From Candidatus Limnocylindrus sp. (GTDB taxonomy: Bacteria; Chloroflexota; Limnocylindria; Limnocylindrales; Limnocylindraceae), in NCBI GenBank assembly GCA_040397175.1, contig JBBAWM010000003.1, positions 64,001 through 128,000 of the forward strand: a stretch of DNA of 64,000 bases, written 5' to 3'. The position numbers and the translations under genes are program-made. The notes beneath the pieces were generated by a model, which was not told the DNA's origin, searched no databases, and was given only the letters and a program-made list of their open reading frames with translations. Of this stretch, positions 37,470-46,632 are shown in pieces (position 1 is the stretch's first letter; each line of letters starts with the position of its first letter).

Positions 37470-38402
37470 TTAGCGGCGACGTACCGTTCGCTTCGTTGCC
37501 ACCCCAACGCCCATCAGTCGGCGCAACAGCGCGAAGAGTGGCGTGATCGCCCGGCCCAGTAGGCCACCGGCGAGTGCGCCAACCAGTGCGATCGGCAAGG
37601 CCACGATGACGAGGTTGATCGCCGCAATGATCACCGTTCGGCCAACAGCGATCAGGTTTGCAACCGCGCGCGACACCTCTTTGCTAAGATCGAATCCACT
37701 TGTTGCGTTGCCGATTGACGAACCGATCGGGCTGATCGTCACCGAGACCGTGGTCATGGCGACCTGATCGGCGAGGGATGCACGCTGCGCGTCGTACGAC
37801 TCAATGTCGCTGCGCACGGATGTGAGTTGTGTCTGCACTGCGAGGACATCCGAAACGGTCGTCGCTCGCGACATAAGTTCGAGAAGCGCCGTCTCTGAGG
37901 CGCGTAGATTGCGCAGTCGCGCCTCGAGGTCAACAAACTGCATCGTTACCTCGTACGTGCTGATCTGCTCCGAAAGAACGGTTCCTTCCGCTCGTAGCGC
38001 AAGCACCGCCGCGTCAAACGATGCGGCAGGAACTCGGAATGTCACGGTGAGGTACGGGGTTGACGTGTCGGTGTAGCGATAGCTGCCAGAGACGTATCCG
38101 CCCTGGCTCTTCACCACACCCGTGAGCTTGGTAAGGCTGGCATCGACATCCTCAACCTCGAGGCTAAAGGTCCCCGTACGAATCACATCAATACGGTCAC
38201 CAGTGATGGAGCCGTCGCTTGGGGCTGCGGTGGGCACACCTCCGGTATCCCCCTTTTCAATGGGGGCAGATGCGCCGCCACTGGCACCAAAAAAGAGGGC
38301 CCCAAACCCGCCGCTAGCGCTGAGGGCGAGCACGAGTGCAGCCACCACGCCGATCTTTGCGGGAGAACTAAACGTCGGGAGGGTGAGCGATCCGATCTTC
38401 AT
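37470..38402 (-). CDS. DUF4349 domain membrane protein
   Basis: VIRTGTFSLEV, FRVPA, VTMQFVDLEARL and C-terminal TM. Confidence 0.88.
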   Translation of the reverse strand: MKIGSLTLPTFSSPAKIGVVAALVLALSASGGFGALFFGASGGASAPIEKGDTGGVPTAAPSDGSITGDRIDVIRTGTFSLEVEDVDASLTKLTGVVKSQGGYVSGSYRYTDTSTPYLTVTFRVPAASFDAAVLALRAEGTVLSEQISTYEVTMQFVDLEARLRNLRASETALLELMSRATTVSDVLAVQTQLTSVRSDIESYDAQRASLADQVAMTTVSVTISPIGSSIGNATSGFDLSKEVSRAVANLIAVGRTVIIAAINLVIVALPIALVGALAGGLLGRAITPLFALLRRLMGVGVATKRTVRRR

Positions 38403-38449
38403 GGGTGCACCTCAGCTTGGGCGTTCGCAGGGGGACGCCTCACCCCCTT

Positions 38450-38475
38450 AACGCTGGCTAATGGCGTGGGGTTCC
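38450..38475 (-). promoter_or_regulatory. ECF-sigma-type promoter for the DUF4349 gene
   Basis: GGAACC-N16-CGTT on minus strand, ~50 nt upstream of start. Confidence 0.55.
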
Positions 38476-38490
38476 TGGACACAGATCCGA

Positions 38491-40203
38491 CTAGAAGAGC
38501 CCGACGATCTCCCCGCCGTGCTCAAGGTCAAGGTCGATGCGCTCGCCACCAGGGGACTTGTTGAGGCCTGGCATCAGTCGCATATCGCCACAGACGGCGG
38601 TGATAAAGCCGGCACCGGCGGCCAGGGTGACCGCCTTCACGGGAACTCGGAATCCCGTTGGGCGCCCGAGCTTGCTCGCATCGTGCGAGAGCGAATACTG
38701 GGTCTTCGCCATGCAAATCGGGAGGCGCCCGTATCCGAGCTCTTCGAGACGCGCGAGCCGCTTCGCCGCAGTGGACGAAATATCGACACCATCAGCGCCG
38801 TAGATGCGCATGGCGATCGTTTCGATTTTCTTGGCTAGTGGCATGTCGTCCGCGTAGATCGGTGCGAACTTCGCCTCGCCTGAATTTGCGGCGGCCCACA
38901 CCGCTTCAGCCAACGTGGCTGCACCAGCGCCGCCATCGGTGAAGTGCGTGGTTACCACAGCGGCGCGAGCCCCTGCGGCAAGGGCAGCGCTGCAAATCGC
39001 CTCGTGTTCGGCGGCGGTATCGGTTGGGAAGGCGTTCACGGCGACGACCACGGGGATCCCGAAGGCGCGAACGTTTTCGATCTGCTTCACAAGGTTCTGT
39101 GCGCCAGCGGTAACCGCCGCAACGTTCTCAGCGCTGAGTGCGGGATCGAGCGGCTTACCGGCAACAATCTTGCCAACACCGCCATGCATCTTAAGCGCGC
39201 GAACGGTTGCGACAATCACCGCCGCATCCGGGGCGAGACCCGAGGCGCGGCACTTGATGTCAAAGAACTTCTCAGCACCCATGTCGGCGCCAAAGCCCGC
39301 CTCGGTCACAACGATCTCGCTCGTTGCGAGGGCAGCGCGGTCGGCGATGATGGAATTATTCCCGTGCGCAATGTTTGCGAACGGGCCGGCATGGACAAAC
39401 GCGGGGCCCCCTTCCAGTGTCTGCAGCAGGTTCGGTTTGATTGCATCGCGCAACAGTGCTGCCATGGATCCAGCGACTTTCAGATCTTCTGTGGTGACAG
39501 GCTTGCCGTCAGCGGTTTCTGCAACGACGATGCGGCCAAGCCGCGTACGAAGATCAGCAAGATCGGATGCGAGCGCGAGCACCGCCATCACTTCACTTGC
39601 AACCGTGATCACCGTCTCTGATTCACGCACGACGCCGTTCTCGCGACCGCCGAGGCCGATGATCGTCTTGCGGATCGCGCGATCGCTAATGTCAACGACG
39701 CGCGGCCAGGTGATGCTGCGCAGATCAATGTTGAGCGCGTTGCCGTGATGCAAATGATTGTCAAGGAACGCGGCCGCAAGGTTGTGAGCGGCGCCAATGG
39801 CGTGCACGTCGCCGGTGAGGTGCAGGTTGAACTCTTCCATGGGGATGACTTGGCTGTAGCCGCCGCCAGCGGCGCCACCCTTGATACCGAAGACCGGCCC
39901 GAGGCTTGGTTGTCGAATGGCAACGGCGGCGCGGTGGCCAATCTTGTTGAGCCCTTGCGCAAGGCCGACGGTGGTGGTGGTCTTCCCTTCACCGAGCGGC
40001 GTTGGGCTGATTGCAGTGACCACAACGTACTTGCCGCGTGCGCCGCTCTTCTCTAGGCGCTCGATCCCTTCAACGGAGAGCTTCGCCTTCGTGCGACCGT
40101 ATGGCTCGACCTCATCGTCACGAAAGCCGAGGGCAGCCGCCACCTCACCAATCGGCTTCGGCGTCACGCCACGTGCAATCTCAAGATCAGAAGGGAATCC
40201 CAT
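38491..40203 (-). CDS. fhs: Formate--tetrahydrofolate ligase
   Basis: PTPLGEGKTTT, GIKGGAAGGGY, GPFANIAHG and EAGFGADMGAEKF motifs. Confidence 0.97.
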   Translation of the reverse strand: MGFPSDLEIARGVTPKPIGEVAAALGFRDDEVEPYGRTKAKLSVEGIERLEKSGARGKYVVVTAISPTPLGEGKTTTTVGLAQGLNKIGHRAAVAIRQPSLGPVFGIKGGAAGGGYSQVIPMEEFNLHLTGDVHAIGAAHNLAAAFLDNHLHHGNALNIDLRSITWPRVVDISDRAIRKTIIGLGGRENGVVRESETVITVASEVMAVLALASDLADLRTRLGRIVVAETADGKPVTTEDLKVAGSMAALLRDAIKPNLLQTLEGGPAFVHAGPFANIAHGNNSIIADRAALATSEIVVTEAGFGADMGAEKFFDIKCRASGLAPDAAVIVATVRALKMHGGVGKIVAGKPLDPALSAENVAAVTAGAQNLVKQIENVRAFGIPVVVAVNAFPTDTAAEHEAICSAALAAGARAAVVTTHFTDGGAGAATLAEAVWAAANSGEAKFAPIYADDMPLAKKIETIAMRIYGADGVDISSTAAKRLARLEELGYGRLPICMAKTQYSLSHDASKLGRPTGFRVPVKAVTLAAGAGFITAVCGDMRLMPGLNKSPGGERIDLDLEHGGEIVGLF

Positions 40204-40212
40204 GCCGAGAGT

Positions 40213-41088
40213 CTACGCTCGCCCGCGCACGAGGCGCTCGGCGGCCTGCGCTGCGTGCAGCGCCAAGATGGCGCTCGTCATTGGCCCAACACCGCCGGGG
40301 ACTGGGCTCAGGCCGCCCGTCTCGCCGAGCTGGGCCTCAACACTGGGAGCGTCAACGTCGCCCACGATCGTCTCACCACTCAGGTGAATGCCGACATCAA
40401 TCACCACGGTGCCTGGCGACACGTGCTCTCCGCGCACCAGGCCGCGCACGCCGGCGGCAACAACGAGCACGGAAGCGGTGCGCGTTACTACCCCAAGATC
40501 TGGCGTCTTGGAGTGGGCGACCTCAACGTGTGCCCCCGCCGCCTCTAGGAGTTGCGCCACGGGCCGGCCAACGATGGCGCTGCGCCCCACAACTACTGCA
40601 GCTCGCCCTTGGAGCGGGATCTCGTACGCCTGCAGCAGCTCCATTACCGCCGCCGCGGTGGCGGGGAGGAGTGACGCGTCGTGCGTGCCATCCGCAAGCC
40701 GCTCGGCGTTCACGAGGGTGATGCCATCAATATCTTTTCCTGGCGCAATGGCGGCCGCAACGATCTCTCGCGAAACGCCGCTCGGAAGCGGTGATTGCAG
40801 AATGATCCCCGCAACGTTCTGGTCGGCAGAGAGTGAGGTGAGGGAGGCGAAAATCTCAGCCTCCGTTGCCGTCGAACCAAGTTCCACACGGCGTCCGACG
40901 AGTCCGGTCGCGCTCACCTGCTTCAGCAGTCGGTCGACGTAGAGGAGCGAGTCAGGTTCGCTCGTTGCAATCACCACGGCGATCTCTGGCGCAGCCCCCT
41001 TCGCGTCGGCGATTGCTCGTGCTGCGATCTCAGTGGCGCGCGCGGTGATCTGCTTTGCAAATGGCTGTGCTGCGAGGCGTTGCGTCAT
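40213..41088 (-). CDS. folD: Methylene-THF dehydrogenase (FolD), YxxxK lysine replaced by Leu
   Basis: LQSPLP, KDIDG, GRSAIVG, DVG and PVPGGVGPMT motifs. Confidence 0.92.
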   Translation of the reverse strand: MTQRLAAQPFAKQITARATEIAARAIADAKGAAPEIAVVIATSEPDSLLYVDRLLKQVSATGLVGRRVELGSTATEAEIFASLTSLSADQNVAGIILQSPLPSGVSREIVAAAIAPGKDIDGITLVNAERLADGTHDASLLPATAAAVMELLQAYEIPLQGRAAVVVGRSAIVGRPVAQLLEAAGAHVEVAHSKTPDLGVVTRTASVLVVAAGVRGLVRGEHVSPGTVVIDVGIHLSGETIVGDVDAPSVEAQLGETGGLSPVPGGVGPMTSAILALHAAQAAERLVRGRA

Positions 41089-41094
41089 CGTGCG

Positions 41095-41697
41095 CTACGA
41101 CTGTGTGCTGCGCTCAAGTGCGGCAATAGATGCAGCAGTTTGATTCGCAAGCGTTGCACGCGTCTCTGGGCTGTCAATGAACGGAAGGTTCACCTCAATG
41201 TTCTCGGCGGCGCTCAAACCTGCGGCGCGTGCGAATCGCAGCGCAACTTCGAGGTCGCTAGCAGCACTTACCAAGCTATGGCCAGTAAGCAACCGCGCAG
41301 CCTCTGCAACCGAGGTAATTGCGCGAAGCGTGTGCAGTGGAACCTCTGCGGCGCGTTCGGCCGCTACAGACATTGCACGACTGCGCTCCTCACGCTCATG
41401 CTCTTCACTCTTGGGAAGTCGCATCGCCTGTATGAACGTGTCATACGCGGTTGCATCGTCGTCAGCGAGTGTGAGCAGGTCGCTGCGAAGAGTTGCCATC
41501 TGCGCAGCGGTGCGTTGCTGTAGTGCGGCGTCGGCGCTCTCGGGGCTCTTCTTTAGTGAGAGCCCGGCAACCATCTCCACGAGTGCGGCCGCGGTTGCAC
41601 CACTGACTGCTGCGGCAGCTCCGCCACCAGGCGCTGGTGTGGGCGCAGCGAGTGCTGCAAGAAAATCAGTGAGGGTGTGCTGTGCGATTGAATTCAT
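41095..41697 (-). CDS. fchA: Cyclodeaminase/methenyl-THF cyclohydrolase (FchA, FTCD_C domain)
   Basis: PAPGGGAAAA, DDDATAY, AEVPL, SDL and NIEVNL motifs. Confidence 0.88.
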   Translation of the reverse strand: MNSIAQHTLTDFLAALAAPTPAPGGGAAAAVSGATAAALVEMVAGLSLKKSPESADAALQQRTAAQMATLRSDLLTLADDDATAYDTFIQAMRLPKSEEHEREERSRAMSVAAERAAEVPLHTLRAITSVAEAARLLTGHSLVSAASDLEVALRFARAAGLSAAENIEVNLPFIDSPETRATLANQTAASIAALERSTQS

Positions 41698-41745
41698 CTG
41701 CGCATCCTATCGCGAGAGCCACGCAGCAGCGGCGCAAGGTGCTGG

Positions 41746-42270
41746 TTAATCGGCCTGTAGATCGCGTGGGCCGTCGCCGTGTCGGCGAGCGAGTGAGAGG
41801 GCAACGGCAAGAGAGATGATGAGTCCGGCGAGTACGCCAAGCTCCCAGAGGATCGGCTCAAGGTTGCCTCCATCGCTCAAGATGCGTTCGGCCTGTGCGG
41901 TGACGACCAGCACGCGTCGAACGACGGCGACAAGACCGATGATGAGAAATGGCTCAAGGATGAGCTGGGTCCGCGCCAGCGAGAGTCGCAACGTATAGAG
42001 CAACTCCGCAATGATGAAGACAAGGAGTACGCGATCAAGAATCAGGAGTGCTGCGTCAATGCCGCCCTCTTGGATTCCCGCAGCAACGAGCCCAACGGTA
42101 TCTGCGCCGATCAGAGCGATGGCAATCACCAAGACGCCAGCCAGGGCGATGTCGAGGGTGATCTCGAGGCCGTGCAGCACACCGCGGGCGTGACCGACAA
42201 CAGTGGCAAGGACCGGGCCGAGGACGTGCTCCGTTGGCGACGAGGTTTTAGTGCGCAGCTGCTTCTTCAT
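41746..42270 (-). CDS. Phosphate-starvation-inducible PsiE family membrane protein
   Basis: LLVFIIAELLYT and EPFLIIGLVAVVRRVL motifs. Confidence 0.85.
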   Translation of the reverse strand: MKKQLRTKTSSPTEHVLGPVLATVVGHARGVLHGLEITLDIALAGVLVIAIALIGADTVGLVAAGIQEGGIDAALLILDRVLLVFIIAELLYTLRLSLARTQLILEPFLIIGLVAVVRRVLVVTAQAERILSDGGNLEPILWELGVLAGLIISLAVALSLARRHGDGPRDLQAD

Positions 42271-42290
42271 GCCGCCCAGTATGGCAGGGG

Positions 42291-42608
42291 CTATGCGTGA
42301 ACGAGCACCGGCTCCATCTCGGGGATCCCCGAAGCGAACGGCAGGGTCGCCCATGCGTCGTCAAACGCCTGAATAGACCAAGCGCCGGTGCGGCGCGAGA
42401 AGCTGAGCACGAGGGAGGCGTCTTCGGTCTCGATCTCCCAGAGGGTGCGAGGGCCCTCGCTGGCGCTGAAGACGCCGTATTCCCGGCGAAGCGCGAGAAC
42501 CTGGGTCACCTTGCGGCTGATCCCCTCGAAGGCGACCGCGGTTGGGGCGCCGGTGCGCCAGTGCGCCGTCACGGCTACCGAGACTGGGCTGATCGGTTGC
42601 ATTGCCAT
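42291..42608 (-). CDS. Small LexA-regulated protein, DUF6504/ImuB-C-terminal-like
   Basis: PTAVAFEG..RKV..V....WEIET...L...GAW pattern; GGAGGAGG RBS; two SOS boxes upstream. Confidence 0.65.
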   Translation of the reverse strand: MAMQPISPVSVAVTAHWRTGAPTAVAFEGISRKVTQVLALRREYGVFSASEGPRTLWEIETEDASLVLSFSRRTGAWSIQAFDDAWATLPFASGIPEMEPVLVHA

Positions 42609-42642
42609 CCTGAACCTCCTCCCCTCATGGGGGCCTGCGTTA

Positions 42643-42685
42643 GAACATCTGTTCGTAGTGTCATAGAACATCCGTTCTGTGTCAA
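42643..42685 (-). promoter_or_regulatory. sigmaA promoter with two LexA (SOS) boxes
   Basis: GAAC-ATCT-GTTC at 42643-54 and GAAC-ATCC-GTTC at 42666-77; TTGACA (42685-80), 17 nt, GACACT on minus strand. Confidence 0.85.
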
Positions 42686-42761
42686 GGGGGGGACCTGTGC
42701 GAGAATCGTGCTCCAACGGAGGGCGCCCAGCCCTCCAGCCACAGAAGAAGGAGCCCTACTG

Positions 42762-43208
42762 ATGAAGGTGATCTTGACCGCCAATGTGCCCAAGCTCGGC
42801 AAGGCCGGGGACCAGAAAGAGGTCGCCGGGGGGTACGCCAAAAACTTCCTCTTCGCCAATGGGTTGGCGATCCCAGCCATCGGCGGGGCCGCTTCGCAGG
42901 TCGCTTCAGGGATCGCCTCCCGAGCCGCAAAGCAGGATCGCCAGCGCGGTGAGGCCGAAGGATTCGCCCAGCGCATCAGCTCCACCACGCTGACCATGGG
43001 CGTCAAGGTTGGAGAGGGCGGCAAGCTCTTCGGCTCCATCACCACCAAGGAGATTGCCGAGGCGCTCGATCGCCGCGGCATTAGCGTTGAGAAGCACCAG
43101 GTCATGCTCGACGAGCCACTCAAGCAGCTCGGCTCATACAAGGTGCAGATCAAGGTTGCAGCACACCTCGTCGCCGAGGTGACGGTCGTCGTCGAGCCGA
43201 AGGGCTGA
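42762..43208 (+). CDS. rplI: 50S ribosomal protein L9
   Basis: MKVILTANVPKLGKAGD, GYAKNFL and GKLFGSIT motifs; AAGGAG RBS. Confidence 0.97.
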   Translation: MKVILTANVPKLGKAGDQKEVAGGYAKNFLFANGLAIPAIGGAASQVASGIASRAAKQDRQRGEAEGFAQRISSTTLTMGVKVGEGGKLFGSITTKEIAEALDRRGISVEKHQVMLDEPLKQLGSYKVQIKVAAHLVAEVTVVVEPKG

Positions 43209-44374
43209 TTACGACTCGTCGCGTTCTGCACGTCGACCTTGACGCGTTCTTCGCGTCGGTCGAGATTCGCGACAATCCGTCGCTCGCTGGCAAGCCCGTC
43301 GCCGTTGGCTACGGCGAAGGTTCCCGTGGCGTAATCTGCGCCGCTTCGTATGAGGCGCGTGCATTTGGCGTTCGCGCCGCCACCTCAGTGCATGTTGCGC
43401 GCACGCGTTGCCCTGATCTCATCCTTATTCCGCCTCGCCACGATCGCTACAGCGATGTTTCGAGTGAAGTGATGGAGGTGCTCGGCGGCTGGAGTCCTAT
43501 CGTTGAACAGGTCTCCGTTGACGAGGCGTATCTCGATCTCAATGGCACCGAGCAGTTGCACGGCTCACTCGAAGATGCGGGCCGAGGCATTCGCGCCGCA
43601 GTGAAATCAGCGACGGGCCTCACCATTAGCGTTGGTGGCGCGGCAAGCAAGCTCGTGGCGAAGATTGCATCTGGCGCCGAGAAGCCGAACGGCCTGACCA
43701 TTGTTGCGCCGGGCAGTGAGGCCGCGTGGCTTGCGCCGCGAAAGGTTGGTGTGATTCCCGGCATTGGGCCCGTCGCACAAAGCGTCTTGCGCGAATTAGA
43801 GATCATCACCTGTGGTGATCTTGCCAGCGCCCCCGACGATCATCTGCTGCGCCGCTTCGGTGATCGCGGACCTGACTTGAAGTTGCTCGCACGCGGCATC
43901 GACGACACGCCCGTCGATGACGGCGGTGAACGAAAGTCACTCGGCCGCGAGATGACGCTCGATGTCGATATTGCCGATCCGGAAGCGCTAGAGACGCTGC
44001 TGCTCGGACTCGTTGAGTCGGTCGCCTACTCGCTGCGCAGCGAGGGGCTGCTTGCGCGCACGGTGACACTGAAACTCAAAGACGCTGAGTTCCAGTCAAT
44101 CACGCGGCAGGTGAAGCTTGCGCAGCCATCAGATCTTGCCGGCCCCATCTTTGAGGCGGCGCGTGTGCTACTAGAGAAGACGGCGCGCGGCAGCGCCTAT
44201 CGACTCATCGGCGTCTCAACTTCGGACCTCGGCGAGGAGGAACAGCTCGCACTCTTTGACGGAGCGGCACAGGCACGCGAACGCACCATCACCGCAGCCG
44301 CCGACACCATGCGCCGGAAGTACGGTGAGGATGCGATTACGCGCGCGCGACTTCTTGACGAGGTTGAGGAATAG
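43205..44374 (+). CDS. dinB: DNA polymerase IV (Y-family); non-canonical start (CTG 43205 or ATT 43208)
   Basis: In-frame upstream extension encodes RRVLHVDLDAFFASVE and AASYEAR; SVDEAYLD and clamp motif QLALF. Confidence 0.93.
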   Translation: MITTRRVLHVDLDAFFASVEIRDNPSLAGKPVAVGYGEGSRGVICAASYEARAFGVRAATSVHVARTRCPDLILIPPRHDRYSDVSSEVMEVLGGWSPIVEQVSVDEAYLDLNGTEQLHGSLEDAGRGIRAAVKSATGLTISVGGAASKLVAKIASGAEKPNGLTIVAPGSEAAWLAPRKVGVIPGIGPVAQSVLRELEIITCGDLASAPDDHLLRRFGDRGPDLKLLARGIDDTPVDDGGERKSLGREMTLDVDIADPEALETLLLGLVESVAYSLRSEGLLARTVTLKLKDAEFQSITRQVKLAQPSDLAGPIFEAARVLLEKTARGSAYRLIGVSTSDLGEEEQLALFDGAAQARERTITAAADTMRRKYGEDAITRARLLDEVEE

Positions 44375-44385
44375 CCGAACGGTCG

Positions 44386-45993
44386 CTACTCGATCACGAA
44401 CTCAATCAGGGTTACGTCGTACAGCGCAGCACGATTGCCGATTGAGTCCCCTACCGAGAACCAGAGCCGATAGCGGCCGGGTGTTGCATCGTTTCGCAGC
44501 GTAATGGTCTGAACAAACGTCTCCCATCCATTAACGGCCTGGGAGCGGACGATGGAGCCGAGGCCCATATCAGCGGCCCATGGCTGGAACTGATCGTTCG
44601 TTGTTCGTCCGTTTGGGCCGTCAACCCAAGCCACGACCCAAGCAATGCCACTCTCGTCTTTCGCTCGTGTCGTGACCTCAAACGTACTTCCGGCGCGAAT
44701 CACCCCAGCGGAGGTAATCGCCGACATGCCGATCTCTGGGACTCGTGTATCGCCACTGCCACCCACAAGGTCAAAGGGGTAGGTCACAAAGAGTGAATCT
44801 TCAGCGGTATCAGGGAAGGTGCACTCGCAACCGATCCGCACGATGTAGCCGGCGCTCGGTGCGTTCGTTGGCACGAGACAGCTGATCTCGTATTCGCCAT
44901 CACGCTGGTCACCACTCACGCGAATGGCTGCGACACCAAAGCCACACCAGTTCGATACCCAGCCACTTGGACCGCCAACAAAGGCAACGGGCGCTTGATA
45001 GCCAGACGAATCGGTCATGCGGAAGCGAATCACCAGCGGTGTGCCCGCATGCACTTGCGCTGGTACTCGGACGTTCGTGATCTGCGCTGGCTCAAAGGTT
45101 CCGTCTCCACCTGGCAGCAGTGGAGCCTCAAGCAGCGGTCGCTCAAGATCCAGCATGCCGCCGCCGGGCATCTCTGCTGTTGGATCATAATCTGTGCCGT
45201 CGCCTACTCCGTCGGCGGGTGGCGCAGTCTGTCGCGCTCCGGATTTGCCGTAGTAATCAGCAAGTTCAAGGGAGGCGAGTTCGTTTCCATCCACATCACG
45301 GGCCACAACTCTCCCGCTCACCTGACCGCCGGCCGAGAGCCACCACACTGCAAATTGACCGGCGCTGTTTATCGATGCAGAGAAGTCTTCTGACTCTTGA
45401 CCAACGACAACCACGTCAACGGTGCCTTCTGGCGCGTGCCCTGAAAGAACCATGACCATCTCGTTCATCCACTCTGTTCCGGCCATAAAATCGATGTCGA
45501 GCTGCGCACTGTCCTGCGCGACTGGTTCACTGAGCATCGCGGGGCCTCGGACCAGCGCTCCTGAGCTATCTCTCAGCAGCATGCAGTGCAATCGGAGTGT
45601 AGGAGTCGACCACACCGCCAAGCTTGCGTTGCCGCGAGAATCAATAAGGTCAAGTGATTCGTCGGAGAGCAGATCCAGTTGCTGCGCCGTAATCGGCATT
45701 CCCTCCGTACAAATCGTTTTCAATTCAGCGGAAGGGGCGAGCGGGCGGGTATCGGCCGTTGGGCTCCAGGCCAGCGTGGCGCGGGTTGGTTGAGCAAACC
45801 CAATCACCGAAATGGCAAGTGCAGCAGCGATCGCAATTGGCACAACAAAGGAGCGTCGTGGCGTAGCGTGCGCAGTCGCGCCCGGCTGCTGCTGTGTCAG
45901 TTGCCCTGCAAGTGCCGCGCGCTTGGAGCGGCTCGCGCCAGCGGCGCCTCGTGCTGGGTCCGCCTGCTTCAGTCTCTCTAGTGCGTCCACCAT
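44386..45993 (-). CDS. Putative anti-sigma factor: short cytoplasmic N-terminus, TM, large extracellular region with Ig-like repeats
   Basis: Directly downstream of ECF sigma; GGAGG RBS; repeats FRMTDSSG / TRAKDESG. Confidence 0.6.
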   Translation of the reverse strand: MVDALERLKQADPARGAAGASRSKRAALAGQLTQQQPGATAHATPRRSFVVPIAIAAALAISVIGFAQPTRATLAWSPTADTRPLAPSAELKTICTEGMPITAQQLDLLSDESLDLIDSRGNASLAVWSTPTLRLHCMLLRDSSGALVRGPAMLSEPVAQDSAQLDIDFMAGTEWMNEMVMVLSGHAPEGTVDVVVVGQESEDFSASINSAGQFAVWWLSAGGQVSGRVVARDVDGNELASLELADYYGKSGARQTAPPADGVGDGTDYDPTAEMPGGGMLDLERPLLEAPLLPGGDGTFEPAQITNVRVPAQVHAGTPLVIRFRMTDSSGYQAPVAFVGGPSGWVSNWCGFGVAAIRVSGDQRDGEYEISCLVPTNAPSAGYIVRIGCECTFPDTAEDSLFVTYPFDLVGGSGDTRVPEIGMSAITSAGVIRAGSTFEVTTRAKDESGIAWVVAWVDGPNGRTTNDQFQPWAADMGLGSIVRSQAVNGWETFVQTITLRNDATPGRYRLWFSVGDSIGNRAALYDVTLIEFVIE

Positions 45994-46070
45994 CTACCTC
46001 CAATCGCTTGCTTGGCTTGCGCATCGATACCCGCGCCTACTCTCTCTATGTCGCCTAGGCCGTCACTCTT

Positions 46071-46550
46071 TCACGCCTCTTTCAATAGTTCGCGCATGCG
46101 GCGCTTTGCCCGGTGGGTGCGGATGGCTGCGGCATTTGCGCTGATCCCCAAGACCCTCCCCACCTCACGGGCGGGCAACTCGTCCCAGACGGCAAGGAGG
46201 AGGGCCTCGCGGTCTCGCTCGGGGAGGGCACTGAGCGCAGCGGTGATTTCGGGTTCGCGGGAGATCACGGGGGCAGGGGCGTCGGGGAGGAGCTGCGTCA
46301 CAAACCTGCCGAGGAGGGATTCGCGTCGAACGCGCTTCCGGCGCATGTTGGCAAGGACCTTGCGGCAGATACCAATCGACCATCCGACCTCGGATCCCTT
46401 CGGTATGCGCTCAGGCTGCTGCCAGAGGAGCAACATGGTTTCACTGACGGCATCTTCGGCCTCATCAGGCGAGGCTCGACGGAGGGCGTACCGCCGGGTC
46501 GGCTCGTACACACGATCAAGAAGCGCCTCGAGCTCGCCCACGTCGTACAC
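46071..46550 (-). CDS. ECF RNA polymerase sigma factor
   Basis: AEDAVSET (region 2), DREALLLAVWDEL and AIRTHRAKRR (region 4). Confidence 0.88.
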   Translation of the reverse strand: MYDVGELEALLDRVYEPTRRYALRRASPDEAEDAVSETMLLLWQQPERIPKGSEVGWSIGICRKVLANMRRKRVRRESLLGRFVTQLLPDAPAPVISREPEITAALSALPERDREALLLAVWDELPAREVGRVLGISANAAAIRTHRAKRRMRELLKEA

Positions 46551-46632
46551 CCTGCCCCCCTAGATGTCCTTTTGCTCTCTAGGAGTACGTGTCACAACTC
46601 TACGCATCCTTTCAGGGGGCTGTGCCACCCAC

